53,978 bases of DNA from a virus (lineage: Duplodnaviria; Caudoviricetes): positions 1 through 53,978 of IMG/VR virus record IMGVR_UViG_3300009609_000027; one strand, 5' to 3'. Numbering within the stretch: the first letter of the stretch is position 1; each line of letters starts with the position of its first letter. Shown here piece after piece: positions 53,500 to 53,978 of the stretch. The notes beneath the pieces were generated by a model that was not told the origin of the DNA, did not search any database, and saw nothing but the letters and a program-made list of their open reading frames with translations. The translations under genes and the position numbers were made by a program.

Positions 53500-53978
53500 G
53501 ACAGACCATCTCAGTGATCACGCCGGCGCACCCGGCGAGGGCGCTCAACGGCAAGCTGGCGCGCGCACAGGCCTCGGTGTTGTCTCAGACGCTGCTGCCC
53601 GACGCGCACATCATCGCCATGGACATCGACGGGCAGGGCGCCGCGGCAACCCGTCAGCGGGCGCTGATGATGACGCAGACCGACTGGATCGCCCCACTGG
53701 ACTCTGACGACCTGTTCCTGCCCAAGCACCTGCAGTGGCTCATGCGCCACGCGCAGGAGACCGGCGCGGATTACGTCTACGCCTGGTACAAGCTGCTTCA
53801 GGAGTTCCCCGACGGGCGCCAGGTCGTACGCGAGGATGACCCGATCTTCCCCGCCGGGCACTACCTGAACGACTTCAATCCTGACGACCCGATCGAAACC
53901 ACCGTCACCGTGCTCATCCGCACCGAGTTGGCCAAGGCCGTCGGATACCACGAGCTCGACCGCGGCGAGGCCAACTCG
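53496..53978 (+). CDS. GT2 glycosyltransferase (truncated by the window end)
   Basis: Read manually: MRQTISVITP...SVLSQT...GAAATRQRAL...WIAPLDSDD.F.P.HL; no stop before the end. Confidence 0.8.
   Translation, partial: MRQTISVITPAHPARALNGKLARAQASVLSQTLLPDAHIIAMDIDGQGAAATRQRALMMTQTDWIAPLDSDDLFLPKHLQWLMRHAQETGADYVYAWYKLLQEFPDGRQVVREDDPIFPAGHYLNDFNPDDPIETTVTVLIRTELAKAVGYHELDRGEANS

Noticed and set aside
1-53978. Integrase, attP, tRNA or rRNA genes
   Set aside because: No recombinase motifs or tRNA/rRNA-like sequence recognised by eye; lifestyle cannot be assigned from this window.

Overview
The window is most or all of a GC-rich tailed phage genome of actinobacteriophage type; the host is probably a filamentous actinomycete (inference). 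No integrase, tRNA, rRNA or CRISPR array is visible. The order is: lysis cassette (21-2042); a leftward early/accessory arm (2146-12426: DUF2637-like membrane protein, ArsR and MerR HTH proteins, secreted M23 peptidase, lipoprotein, Cas4-like exonuclease, intein-containing DNA methyltransferase); a 51-bp bidirectional promoter switch; a rightward replication block (Prim-Pol, GNAT/Mom-like gene, AAA helicase, putative origin, intein-containing SF2 helicase, RusA); terminase, portal, a 1495-aa MuF multi-toxin protein, a 2H phosphoesterase, two capsid proteins and a tail module; and a sugar-biosynthesis/glycosyltransferase cluster that runs off the end. Highlights: (1) the helicase intein holds a complete Vsr/DUF559-like endonuclease gene in a different reading frame with its own putative leaderless promoter; (2) Gmd, a sugar C-methyltransferase and four GT2-like genes; (3) MuF fused to two metallopeptidases, an ADP-ribosyltransferase and a papain-like toxin, followed by a candidate immunity gene; (4) a genome-wide TTGACRYGTCACTAG operator/-35 element that mostly precedes leaderless genes; (5) a primase-helicase split by an inserted gene; (6) a perfect 50-bp palindrome inside a gene. 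All protein calls come from motifs recognised by eye, not from database searches.
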